From contig JAQTPC010000001.1 of assembly GCA_028713005.1 (NCBI GenBank), positions 33,414 to 97,413 of the forward strand: 64,000 bases of DNA. Direction: 5' to 3'. A program made the position numbers and the translations under genes. This DNA is from Minisyncoccota bacterium (GTDB taxonomy: Bacteria; Patescibacteriota; Minisyncoccia; Phycocordibacterales; PALSA-1337). Shown in pieces: positions 38,020-49,000 of the stretch (the stretch's first letter is position 1; each line of letters starts with the position of its first letter). The notes under the pieces were generated by a model. That model saw nothing but the letters and a program-made list of their open reading frames with translations. It had not been told where the DNA came from and searched no databases.

Positions 38020-39008
38020 TACAAAACTCCTATTGCCTGTTTTACTTCCACCAATTTCTTATCAGCAATTTTTCCTGCTTGCTTAGCACCCTTTTCAAGT
38101 ATCTTCATGACTTTCTTTGGTTTCTTTACTAACTCTGCTCTACGTTCGCGCATAGGTTTGATGAAAGCGTCTATATCTTCAACAAGAGCGTCTTTCAAGG
38201 CTTTGTACTTGCCTTTATTCATATCATAGAGCTCGCGCAGTTTTTCTTCACTTTTGAAGAGCTTGTGAATGTTATATACGTTCATCGGCTTACCTCCATC
38301 TTCTGGTTTACCAGAGTCGGTGACAATAGACATGACTGCTTTGGTGATCTCTTCACGTGTAGCAAATAGTGGAATGGTATTACCGTAGCTCTTTGACATC
38401 TTACGACCGTCAACACCAGGTACAACAGCTACGTTTTCGAGTATGAGCGGTTCAGGGAGCTTGAAAATAAGATCCTCATATTCAGCGACATTCTTTGGTC
38501 CAAAAATATGATTGAACTTGAGAGCGATATCGCGAGCGTACTCTATGTGCTGTTTTTGATCCTGACCAACAGGCACAACATCAGTATTATATAAAAGGAT
38601 ATCCGCCGCCATGAGCACTGGGTAGTTGAATGTACCAACGTTAATCTCTTTGTCTTTTACTTCAGCGTCCTTGAAAGCATGAGCACGCTCGAGGTATGGA
38701 ACTGTGACAATAGTATCAAAAATCCATGCGAGTTCAGTATGAGCGGATATATCTGACTGTTTGAAAATAACAATCTTCTTTGGATCGAGTCCGACTGCGA
38801 GATAGTCGAGAGCGAGCTCAAAGGTAAGCTTTTTCATCTCATCCTTATTTTGGATAAAATTCAGTGCGTGATAGTCAGCGATCATGATAAGACATGAATA
38901 ATTGCCAGTGTTTTGCAAATCAACCATTTGCTTCATTGCACCAAAGTAATTGCCTATATGGGCTGAACCGGTAGGTTTGACCCCTGAGAGAAGGATTTTT
39001 TGTGACAT
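38019..39008 (-). CDS. trpS: tryptophanyl-tRNA synthetase
   Basis: …GVKPTGSAHIGNY… (HIGH) and KMSKSYGN. Confidence 0.92.
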   Translation of the reverse strand: MSQKILLSGVKPTGSAHIGNYFGAMKQMVDLQNTGNYSCLIMIADYHALNFIQNKDEMKKLTFELALDYLAVGLDPKKIVIFKQSDISAHTELAWIFDTIVTVPYLERAHAFKDAEVKDKEINVGTFNYPVLMAADILLYNTDVVPVGQDQKQHIEYARDIALKFNHIFGPKNVAEYEDLIFKLPEPLILENVAVVPGVDGRKMSKSYGNTIPLFATREEITKAVMSIVTDSGKPEDGGKPMNVYNIHKLFKSEEKLRELYDMNKGKYKALKDALVEDIDAFIKPMRERRAELVKKPKKVMKILEKGAKQAGKIADKKLVEVKQAIGVL

Positions 39009-39095
39009 AGTGCTTATACTATAGCAAATTATCCTCTATAAAAAAATGGACACAGGATGTTCTGTATCCACTATAATCAGCTGATTTTAAAGTAA

Positions 39096-39815
39096 TTAAA
39101 TTGATGAAATCTGACTGGCTGAAAGTATACCTGTATAAATCTTAACGTCATCAATCATGCCATCAAAACCACGCGTATCATCCCAAGGACTATTACCTAT
39201 ACCGACTTCTGTACCAGAAACAGGTGTACCAGCGTTCCCCTGTACATTCAATGATCCATTTATGTAAATTGAAACGTCCCCTGATTCAGTGCGGGCAACA
39301 CAGATATGATTCCAACTTCCCGGAACTATTGTGCCGGTAGTTGAAACTGAATTAGTGCCTCCATCATTTGAGACAGTAAAATTGCCAGATACATTGAGTG
39401 AAACTGAAAATGCATTGTTACTGATGAGCACTACCCCTGCAGGAGTTGAGTTGACGTTATACTCTGCACATACAGTTACAGAACCAGTACCAATCACATC
39501 ATTTGGAATGAGAGCACGGTTATCTCCTCCGTCAAACGAGATTGCAGAACCCGAAATTCCAGGTGCCCAAACAGAATCATCGGACAATATTGCATCGTTG
39601 CTATTACCTGAACTATCATGGGAGATCAGTGATTCGATTTCATCAAATGAAAGTTCCACTATGAGGGATCCATCAGCAAGGACCGGTGCTGTATATACAA
39701 AAGGCTCAATGTCAGCAGTTGTATAATCAGCATGAGCATAAGCGGCAAAGCCAGCAAAGACTGAAATAAGCGCACATAAAAGGCTTTTGTTGAGGATAGA
39801 TAAATTGAAATTCAT
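39096..39815 (-). CDS. secreted LamG/concanavalin-A-like lectin-fold protein
   Basis: Signal peptide, then …GNSNDAIL…ISGSAISFDGGDN…WNHICVARTESGDVSIYINGSL…FDGMIDDVKIY… LamG_3-like pattern. Confidence 0.6.
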   Translation of the reverse strand: MNFNLSILNKSLLCALISVFAGFAAYAHADYTTADIEPFVYTAPVLADGSLIVELSFDEIESLISHDSSGNSNDAILSDDSVWAPGISGSAISFDGGDNRALIPNDVIGTGSVTVCAEYNVNSTPAGVVLISNNAFSVSLNVSGNFTVSNDGGTNSVSTTGTIVPGSWNHICVARTESGDVSIYINGSLNVQGNAGTPVSGTEVGIGNSPWDDTRGFDGMIDDVKIYTGILSASQISSI

Positions 39816-39885
39816 ACTATCCTTTTATCATGGATAGTATGAATTGTCAATGTAACTTATTAACTTGTGAGCAACTAAAATCGAA

Positions 39886-40344
39886 CTATTTCTTTACAGG
39901 AGTCTTGACAGATGTAGTTGTAGTAGCCTTCTGAAGAACTGGCTGTTGCTGGTTTTCAAGAGGAGCTGCCTGACTTTCTGTAGTAAGAGGTATAACAGCG
40001 ACAATCTTGTTTGTTGTTGCACGATACAAGATTGCTTGCATAGCAGAAGCGTAAACAAGAAGAATATCTCCGTTTTCAACATTCTTGAAGAATGGCTGAT
40101 TTACAAGACTGTCCTTGTTTGTGACTATAGAAATATTTGGTGTTTCGTTTTGTGGAACAACAATGAGCTTTTGAACATTGTTTATGATCTCAAGTGCTTT
40201 CTGTTGTGCTGCTGCGTTTGGATCTTTTACGAGATCAGCGTATTTGTTGTGATAATAGTATCCCATCGAATATCCTCCAGCAACGATAGCTACGAGAACT
40301 ACAATGAGAATTATTTTTACAAAAGAAGGGATTTTGGCGAGCAT
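39886..40344 (-). CDS. hypothetical membrane-anchored protein (152 aa)
   Basis: N-terminal TM helix. Confidence 0.4.
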   Translation of the reverse strand: MLAKIPSFVKIILIVVLVAIVAGGYSMGYYYHNKYADLVKDPNAAAQQKALEIINNVQKLIVVPQNETPNISIVTNKDSLVNQPFFKNVENGDILLVYASAMQAILYRATTNKIVAVIPLTTESQAAPLENQQQPVLQKATTTTSVKTPVKK

Positions 40345-40462
40345 AAAGATAAATTAGATAATTATTAAAGTCACTACAATAATGGGTAATGTGTCAGACT
40401 ATTATATCACAAGGAGAAAAAAATTCGTTCAAACACACGTGTGCATAAATCAATAATCCCCT

Positions 40463-43400
40463 TTAAAATGAACTTGGAAAATCAATTACTGGCACAACTA
40501 TTGGCTTTGGTGTAGTTGTAGTCTTTACTGGAGGCGTTACTGTTTTTGTTGGCGCAACTACTTTTACTGGACTCGAAACTGGTTGAACTGTTGGCGCTGC
40601 AACTCCAGTCAAAGCTGCTCGTGTACGAGGCCCAGTTGCTCCGTAACCATTTGTTGCGGGGCTGCCAGAACACACGCTTATTGTTGCACATTGGAATCTT
40701 TTGACAGCAGCATCAGTCGCTGGGCCGAAATAGGTAGTTTCAAAACCACTTGAACCATTTCCATAACTTGCAACTGTGTACCCTTTTGCATTCAAAAGTT
40801 TTTGAAGAGTTTTGACTTGCTGACCTGTAACACCAAGCGAAAGGTATGATGTCAGTGCTGTGCCACTAATCATATTTGTGACAGCTGGTATTGGTACCAT
40901 AGGAGTTATAGCACTAGTAACTATAGGAACGAGGAGTGGTGTGAGTGCTCCGTTCAAAACATCACGTGTGCGAGGTCCTGTTGCTCCATAGCCATTGGTT
41001 GTAGCACTACCATAACAAATTGAAAGAACTGCGCACTGGAATTTTTTGAGTGCAACCTCAGTTGCGGGACCAAAATACGTCGTTTCGTTTCCTGGTGTAC
41101 CAAGTCCTGAAGTTGCTATGTAATATTTATTTGCATTAAGGAATTCTTGAAGCGCTTTGACATCGAGACCAAGAGATCCGGCAGAGAGAGTTCGTGTGAA
41201 CTGAAACTTTCCAGCATTGACGAATGGTTTTATCGCAAGAGTTGCTGTAGCAACTTTTGGCGGTGTGATATACAGTAAACCACCACCTCCTCCGCCACCG
41301 CCCGAAGAACCGCCAGGTGAACCTCCCCCACTACTTGGAATACTGATTGTAACTGACCCTGATGAGCTAGCGGATATATTGCCTGCAGCGTCCTTTGCCC
41401 AAGCATATAGAGTCTTTGTGCCTTCAGTGCCAAAAACGTATGCAGTAGGTGCCGTACCAACCCAGCCGGTATCATTCACCGATGGTAAACTTATTGATTC
41501 ATTTAACAAATAGCTTGTCACAGCCACGTTATCTGTTGCTACAAATGTAGTGATCGGAACTGTCAGTGAACTTGCAGTAGTCGGAATAGAAAATCCAGTG
41601 ATAACTGGTGCGGTAGTATCAGGTATAACAACCTGTAGTGTAGTTGTTGAAAGTATAGTGCCTGTAGTCGTACCCAGTGCACTCACTGCATATGCTCGAA
41701 AATAGTAAACGGTATTTGGGGTCAGGCTAATAAGATTTTGTGTGAAATCGCCTGTGCCACTGAAAGCACCAAGTGACGTGGTAGCAATCACCGTTGAAAG
41801 GTTTGCAGATGTACCATACGCAAATCCATGTTGAGTTGCATTATTTCCACCCGTACTGCTAACGTTCGCATTTAAAGTCAACGTTGAAGTAGATACCGAG
41901 CTTGGAGCTGATGTGGTGAGAGCATAAGGATATATGATAGCCGTCTGAGCCCTGAATGCGACCGACCCCATCGCCCAGTATGGGCTAGAATTTCCACTCA
42001 TCTCAACAGAATACGTACCGGGTGCATTTATAATTTGATATTCAGTAGCACTCATTTGAACAGGCTCTTCGTTCAATACAGTAAAACCTAATCCCGGAGA
42101 TACAGGTGAACCACCGCCAGACTCATCAGAAAGACCCACAAAGATAAGACCTGCTGGGTCAGTCAGTGTCAGATCACCAGTAGACCACAACGCACCTGCA
42201 TTCGCACCAGTTGACGAAGCTACAAATGGATCTGTGGTATCTAATCCTGACCATTCAGAGATATGGAAACCAAGGTCATCATACCCACCCGTAAGACTCA
42301 CCGTAACAGTATCAGGTCCACCTATAATATTTTTTGCGTAATATAGATACACTTTTGAGTTATTTCCAGAATCTTTTTCCGATACTTTCACAAAGGTATT
42401 GCTACTCGAATCTTGAATCGTAACATCACCCGCTCCGGCATTTATATAGCTACTTACTGCAACCACAATCAAGTTGCCAGCTGTCGTGTTACTCGTAAAT
42501 GAAAGGCCAGTTGGACCTTTTCCTGTCGGATATACTGAGCGATTCTGCACAAGCGCAGGTGTACCGAGGAGTACCTGCGTCGGTGTTGTAGTAGAAAGAA
42601 TCGCACCAGTTGATGTACCCGCAGAGTTTACTGCGTAGGCACGAAAATAATAGGTGGTATTTTGCGTAAGACCAGTGATATTTTGAGAAAAATTGCCAGT
42701 GCCACTAAAAGCACCGAGTGATGTAGTGGCAATCACCGTTGAGAGATTTGCTGATGTACCGTAAGTAAATCCGCGTTGAGTTGCATCTTCTCCCCCAGTT
42801 GCACTGATATTTGCATTAAGTGTGAGGGCTGACGGCGTTACTGAACTTGGTGCTGAGGTAGTAAGAGTTGGAATAAAAACTGACTGTGCTGAAGTGGTGA
42901 ATGTTTGATCAGTTGTCGTAGCTGTACCCGCAGAATTAGTTGCGAATGCCCGGTAGTGATAGAGAGTTGACGGAGTAAGACCGCTGATTGATTTTGAAAA
43001 TGTTCCAGCGCCAAATGAACCCGTCGTTGATGCTGTAGAGCCATATGAAGTCGTTAAACCGTAATTAAAACCTACGTCAGTCGAAGCATCACCACCGTCA
43101 GCAGTAATTGTTGCATTCAAAGTAACGCTAGACGAAGTCAGTGAGGTCGGCGAAGATGTGGCGAGCGTTGGCACAGTTGCCGAACCAGTCGTTCTGAAAG
43201 TTAAATCAGTAGTTGTTGAGGTTGACGAAGCAGTATCAACAGAAACAATCTGAAAATGATAGGTCTGTGCCGAACTGAGACCAGTGATAGAAACACTGTG
43301 TGTAAGTGTCTTAGCTGATGTATATGTTGAAGAAGATGTATAAGATGCTGTGGCTCCATAATTAACCAATGTATCGGCTGACCTATCAGTGTTCCAGGTG

Positions 43401-46024
43401 ATAGTAGCACTTGTTGCACCAGTAGACGATGCGATTGATGAAATAATAGTTGGCGCATATCCCTCAGCAATATTTGCTACATTTGTGGCGAGTAAAGCGT
43501 GACCAGCACGGTTTGGATGGATATATTCTATCTCATAGGTTGTTGGTCCAAACTGATTGACTGCACCGAAAATATTTCCAATATTAAAATAATATACTTT
43601 GCTATCAGACGGATAAGCAGCTTGATATGCAGCTAGACCTGCCTGAATCTCGGTAGTAAATTCAGAATTAACGTTTAAGTCATTAAGGGACAGAAAAGAT
43701 GGCATCAAAAATATTTTTGTATTTGGTCCGAGTTGAGTACGAGATAGCGTAAGAAGCTCTTTCACCGATGTCGTAATATCTGTCTGATAATCATTTGCAC
43801 CTTGAGCGATGACAAAATAGTCGAGATCAGATGGAAGTGGTTGAGCGTGCTGAGAGTCAACATAATCGAACGTGGCAGTCACATATGGTCCTGCTCCTAT
43901 CGTTCTATATCCTTGTCCACTATAGGCTTTGATACCCACTTCAGCATCGAGCTTTTGTCCGAATAACATACCCCAACTATCTTGAACATATGTCTGCCCA
44001 GTTGTCGTATGATCGACACCACTTGCGTCTGCCTCAGCCGAGTATCCACGTGTGATAGAGTCTCCCAGTATCATCATGCGTTTTGGTCTCAAACCATCTG
44101 CATACGTAGGGGTTGAAATTGATTTTCCTGCTTCAATCTCCCATCCGGTAATCTTTACCAATGAATTTGCTGGCCAACTATCTTCAACGCCACCCTGTTC
44201 ATAATAAACTTGGGCCGAATGACTTCCGCTTGATAAACCGGTAGCAAGAGTCATCACTTGTGTACTGACACCTGATTCTGGTTGAAGTTGTGCTCGCTGC
44301 CACGCACCACCGTCAATTTTCCAGTTGATGAATGGATAATTTGAAAATGCAGCACCAGAACGAATCAGTGTACTGAGGTCCGCATCAAGCTTGAGTGTAC
44401 TACCTGTAAAAACAAATTTTGCTGAACTACCAGTATGCATCATCTGTACACCAGAACCACTATCATACGTATTGCCTGGAGAATAGATCACACGGCTGTC
44501 ATTCGCTGCGACTACATCTGTAGCTAATACAACGTTCAGTGTTGTTGATGTCGCATTGCTTGGGTCACTAATTGTCAACGTACCTGTAGATGGACCAGTA
44601 GCTATAGTGATGGACGCATGTGTTGCATCTGTAACGGTTTGTGATGATATGGAGGCACCACTCACACCAGAAACAGTAAACGTAGGACTACCTGGAGTAC
44701 CAGAAGTCCAACCTGTTGCATTACCGGTAAGCTGTACGACAGTCGAAGCTGATGTAGGAATCCTTGTTTTATTTGCTACTGATCCACCTGAACAAGGTAG
44801 TGTTGTGAAATACGTACTTGATGCAGTACCGCTACCGTTAGCATTGGTAGCGTAAGCTCGATAAAAATATGTCGAATTACACGTAAGTCCGCCGATGCTC
44901 TGGCTATATGCACCTGCAGTAAATGTGCCCGCAGTAGATGCGTCTAAACCATATGACGTGCTTGTACCGTAACTAAAACCCTTAACGGTGGTTGAATATT
45001 GAAAAGCGAAATCATTTGAAATAACCCCATTGAGCGTTGCGCCTGTCGCAGTGATACTAGTAACACTTTGATTTACTATTGCAGGAACAGGTACATACGC
45101 TAAACCGGAACTATAGTACCCCTTTGATCCATCTGGTGCATACCATAGTCTCCACTGTCCTCCTCCGCCACCCTGATACCAACTTCTACCTGCATCATCT
45201 GAGTAATATAGCGCTACATTTCCTAAAGCAAAAATATGAATACCATCATTCGACATTGCGAGATCATCCCAATTATTCATGCCTGCAAATTTTAACGCTG
45301 TCCAGTTCGCACCGTAATCAATTGATTTGTATATATAACTATCTCTCGTACCCACATACATAACACCACTATCACCTACTACAACCGAACTTCCCTTAGC
45401 AGTTACACTTGAAACCGTATTCCATGTTGCACCAGAATCCGAAGAAACATGGATACTTCCATCATTGCCAAAATCATTAATGGAAACCATTGTCGCTCCA
45501 TCAGGTGATATAGCAACAGATCCACCACCAGTACCGTTGAGCACAGTAGTCCACGTAGCACCAGAACTTGTAGAGACAAGTGTAGATCCCCCTGTTTGTA
45601 AAATGAGATTTGCTCCACTAGCTGATGAAGCGATCCTTTGCCAAGAGATACCTGCACCAAGTACAGTTGAACTTGCCCAAGTTGTTCCTCCGTCAGTCGA
45701 ATAATAGACATAATCAATACATTGAGACGAACAGGTCGTTGCCCATACTTTTTGCCCATCTGCTGATGCTGCTATGGCATGCGAGTACACATTCCAAGCT
45801 CTTGAACCACCACCAGTAAGTGACGTCCAGGTTTTTCCTGTATCAATTGATTTTTCGAGATAGCCAGAGTTACCGAAACTAAGCGTATTTCGATACATCA
45901 CCAACTCACTCGTTGCTGAAGTCAAACTGCTCGCCGAGACAAAAGTATTGTTAGCATGAGCGAACTGCGTACCAATAGCTGTAACAGCAAAAGTAAAAAT
46001 GAGATATGGGTAGAGCCTCTTCAT
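40463..46024 (-). CDS. giant secreted protein, family A
   Basis: 1853 aa. Order: signal peptide; BNR/Asp-box (S-x-D-x-G-x-T-W) beta-propeller; Fn3-like domains; SGNH/GDSL hydrolase (…MMILGDSITRGY…GANDYQTD…IHPNRAGH); more Fn3 domains; Gly-rich linker; two PG_binding_1 repeats (…FQCAVLS…); Pro/Thr/Lys tail ending …KPIVVPVIDFPSSF. Confidence 0.75.
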   Translation of the reverse strand: MKRLYPYLIFTFAVTAIGTQFAHANNTFVSASSLTSATSELVMYRNTLSFGNSGYLEKSIDTGKTWTSLTGGGSRAWNVYSHAIAASADGQKVWATTCSSQCIDYVYYSTDGGTTWASSTVLGAGISWQRIASSASGANLILQTGGSTLVSTSSGATWTTVLNGTGGGSVAISPDGATMVSINDFGNDGSIHVSSDSGATWNTVSSVTAKGSSVVVGDSGVMYVGTRDSYIYKSIDYGANWTALKFAGMNNWDDLAMSNDGIHIFALGNVALYYSDDAGRSWYQGGGGGQWRLWYAPDGSKGYYSSGLAYVPVPAIVNQSVTSITATGATLNGVISNDFAFQYSTTVKGFSYGTSTSYGLDASTAGTFTAGAYSQSIGGLTCNSTYFYRAYATNANGSGTASSTYFTTLPCSGGSVANKTRIPTSASTVVQLTGNATGWTSGTPGSPTFTVSGVSGASISSQTVTDATHASITIATGPSTGTLTISDPSNATSTTLNVVLATDVVAANDSRVIYSPGNTYDSGSGVQMMHTGSSAKFVFTGSTLKLDADLSTLIRSGAAFSNYPFINWKIDGGAWQRAQLQPESGVSTQVMTLATGLSSGSHSAQVYYEQGGVEDSWPANSLVKITGWEIEAGKSISTPTYADGLRPKRMMILGDSITRGYSAEADASGVDHTTTGQTYVQDSWGMLFGQKLDAEVGIKAYSGQGYRTIGAGPYVTATFDYVDSQHAQPLPSDLDYFVIAQGANDYQTDITTSVKELLTLSRTQLGPNTKIFLMPSFLSLNDLNVNSEFTTEIQAGLAAYQAAYPSDSKVYYFNIGNIFGAVNQFGPTTYEIEYIHPNRAGHALLATNVANIAEGYAPTIISSIASSTGATSATITWNTDRSADTLVNYGATASYTSSSTYTSAKTLTHSVSITGLSSAQTYHFQIVSVDTASSTSTTTDLTFRTTGSATVPTLATSSPTSLTSSSVTLNATITADGGDASTDVGFNYGLTTSYGSTASTTGSFGAGTFSKSISGLTPSTLYHYRAFATNSAGTATTTDQTFTTSAQSVFIPTLTTSAPSSVTPSALTLNANISATGGEDATQRGFTYGTSANLSTVIATTSLGAFSGTGNFSQNITGLTQNTTYYFRAYAVNSAGTSTGAILSTTTPTQVLLGTPALVQNRSVYPTGKGPTGLSFTSNTTAGNLIVVAVSSYINAGAGDVTIQDSSSNTFVKVSEKDSGNNSKVYLYYAKNIIGGPDTVTVSLTGGYDDLGFHISEWSGLDTTDPFVASSTGANAGALWSTGDLTLTDPAGLIFVGLSDESGGGSPVSPGLGFTVLNEEPVQMSATEYQIINAPGTYSVEMSGNSSPYWAMGSVAFRAQTAIIYPYALTTSAPSSVSTSTLTLNANVSSTGGNNATQHGFAYGTSANLSTVIATTSLGAFSGTGDFTQNLISLTPNTVYYFRAYAVSALGTTTGTILSTTTLQVVIPDTTAPVITGFSIPTTASSLTVPITTFVATDNVAVTSYLLNESISLPSVNDTGWVGTAPTAYVFGTEGTKTLYAWAKDAAGNISASSSGSVTISIPSSGGGSPGGSSGGGGGGGGLLYITPPKVATATLAIKPFVNAGKFQFTRTLSAGSLGLDVKALQEFLNANKYYIATSGLGTPGNETTYFGPATEVALKKFQCAVLSICYGSATTNGYGATGPRTRDVLNGALTPLLVPIVTSAITPMVPIPAVTNMISGTALTSYLSLGVTGQQVKTLQKLLNAKGYTVASYGNGSSGFETTYFGPATDAAVKRFQCATISVCSGSPATNGYGATGPRTRAALTGVAAPTVQPVSSPVKVVAPTKTVTPPVKTTTTPKPIVVPVIDFPSSF

Positions 46025-46081
46025 TACCCTTCATTATAACTTATGATAAGACTAAAACAACCGATATTTAAAATGTTTCCC

Positions 46082-49000
46082 TTAGAAATTGAAATTGATA
46101 CTTGGTACAACCACTGGCTTTACAGTTGTTGTTTTAACAGGCACCGTTGCTGTAGTCGGAGTTTTTGTTGGAGTAGGTACACTAGCTGGAGTAACGGTAT
46201 TTGTCTGAGTGACTGGCGCAGTCGTACCACCCAATGCTGCACGAGTACGAGGACCTGTCGCACCATAACCAGTTGTCAGCGGTGAACCTGAACATACAGA
46301 AAGTACTGCACACTGGAATTTCTGAAGCGCTACCTGTGTAGATGGACCAAAATATGTAGACTCATTTCCAACTGACCCATTACCTGATGTGGCTATAGTG
46401 TATCCTTTAGCATTCAAAATCTTTTGTAGTGTTTTAACTTGTTGACCAGTTGTGCCCAAGAACAGATATGAAGTAAGTGCACTACCCGAAGAAGTGGTTG
46501 TTACGGACCCTGTCGCACTAACATTAGAACGACTCGCACGATATTGAGCTACAGCATTTGCTGTTAACTGACCGTAGTAGCCAGTAGCATAAACTGAAGA
46601 CAGGTAGCCACCTGCTATGAGATATTTTTGCAATGTGAGTACAGCAGTTGAGCGAGAACCGAATTCAAGGTTGAGGTATGCAGTCGGGATAGAACCAGTT
46701 GTTGGCGGAACAATTGTTGTTGTTACTGGTGCTGAAATATTTTGTATAACAGTATTCGCACTGCCTGCGTCGAATTTTGCAAAAACAGACATTGAGGATG
46801 ACAAGGTAACGGTACAAGTTGATGTGGCAAACGATGCGCAACCGCTCCATGATGTTAGATGTGAATATTTGTCTGGAATAGCAGTCAAAGTAATCTTTGA
46901 ACCGGCATAGAATGCCGAAGTACACTTTGAGCTACAGAGTATACCTGAAGGGTTTGAAGTTGTAGTACCATGACCTGTTCCGGTAGTTTGGATAGTAAGA
47001 CTATAGTATGTTCCCCCGCCCCCTCCGCCACCACCGCTATAGACGACAGGGTTACCTCCGCTCGTACTACAAGCAGATGTGGTAAATGTTCCATCACTTG
47101 TAACTCCAGTTCCTGAGAAATTTATTGCATATGCTTGGTAATGGTAAGTAGTGCCACACGTGAGGCCGGTGAGTGTTTTTGAGAATGCCCCTGTATTGAA
47201 ATGTCCCGAAGTAGATGATGTTGCAGAATAATCCACCGTTGCACCGTACCTGAAACCAAGTTCAGTCACACTGCTACCACCTGTAGTGTCCACATTTGCA
47301 TTAAGATCAGCACCTGTCTGAGTTATTGTCCCAATCGTTGATACTGAAACAGTAGGAGGAACAACACTTACACAGTCAGTTGTATTAAATGTTTGATCTG
47401 AGCTTGATGCAGTCCGTTGTACATAACTACCAGTTGCACCATCAAAATTGCGAGCATAGAACATATAATGATATGTAGTGCCACATGACAAATCATTGAT
47501 AGTTGCCGTCACCGCTGCATCAGTATTATTTAAACTTGCATCAAGAGTTCCTGAGAAATCAGTTGAACTTGCATATGCTGTGTCAGTGCCATATTTGAAA
47601 CCACGCTGATTGATGAAACTTCCTCCTGTATAGAGAACTGAAGCGTTAAATGTTACATCTGACGCTGTTATACCTGTGGCTGTAGGTGTTGATATTGTTG
47701 GGGCAACGACTGGCACACTCGAAGAAGCGTATATCATTTTAATATACTGTTTTTCCGCTGTATTAAACCAAGAATTAAACAATGTGACGCTACCGTGTCT
47801 GACCGCATTTACCAGCTCCCAGTAATGATCCACGAGTTCAGGAGTGACTTCGTTGTTTGAGTTGACTGCAACCGCAGCCTCGGGGTAAATATCACCGATA
47901 TTACCTATCGTTCCAGGCCCACCATAAAATCCCTGAAGTCGTGTGTACTTGAATGGTATACCAACGGTATACTCAAGAAGTGTCGTGTTCTCAGGCATGA
48001 GCAATACATCGGGGATATCCTGGTGAACCTGAATCATGTCAGTTCCCGCAATCCAATCGGTACTATCGATATAGAATATGGTAACACCCCATCGACTCTT
48101 GGCATAGTTAATCTTATCCTTGAGTAACTGAATGCGAGCCGCAGTATCAGTCACATACTGCTGACTTGGGCGCACGCCGTAAATGCCATATAGTCCACCC
48201 CCACCACAACCAAGATTTGCATCACCGGGATCATATACGATTTGATCTGGACGTATTGTAATACCTGCTCTGAGTCCATTATCAAGTATCTTATGGAAAG
48301 CTGCATCAATAACATTCATTGAGGTACTCGAATAATTTGCACTTGGATTCGTAGTACTCGAATACACGTAGTTAACTTGCGTATCCCATTCAGGTGCAAA
48401 ACGAGGATCTTCAGCGTAGCGAGGATCACCTATGTATGATGTACAATGCGGCCAACGTTGTCCTTCGAGATCCCACAAGATGACACCTTGACCATTAACT
48501 TCTTTTACATTTGCAATATCCGCATCAATGCGTGCCAGCATCTGTGTCGCCCAGGCTTGTCTACCTTCTGGTGTAGTCACGTCGACACTTCCCGGATCAA
48601 TGCCATTCGAGAACCAACCATTCATATTTTTTGAAAAATCAGATGCGCAACCATTTACAATTGGACAAGGTGGTGAAGACAAGAAATCAGTACCTATAGG
48701 TCGGCGATCTGACCAAAAATTTTGCATCGGATACTGTGCTGTCCATGCTGAAATCACTTCGGGTACAGCCTCAAGTAGACTGGTACCGAGTGGGTAAAAC
48801 TTGATTGCATTTGTAGCAGTAACAGTCGTACCATGTGGCACACTTCCTATGGAAGTCGAGAGTAGGCACCATGGTGTTGGGCTGCCACAGTCACCTGTGA
48901 CTTTATTCGTATTTACTAAAAAGAGTTCACCAAAAGTAGTATTAAAACCCCAAATGTTAGGGTAATCTCCCGCTTGGCTTGTCGGCAATGAATCACCTGT

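Noticed and set aside
41217-41513. Short plus-strand ORFs nested inside the giant minus-strand genes (for example 41217-41513, 44556-44855, 50942-51307, 63254-63607)
   Set aside because: These are antisense artefacts of long Thr/Gly/Ser-rich coding sequence. They have Pro/Val-rich low-complexity translations and no start context.
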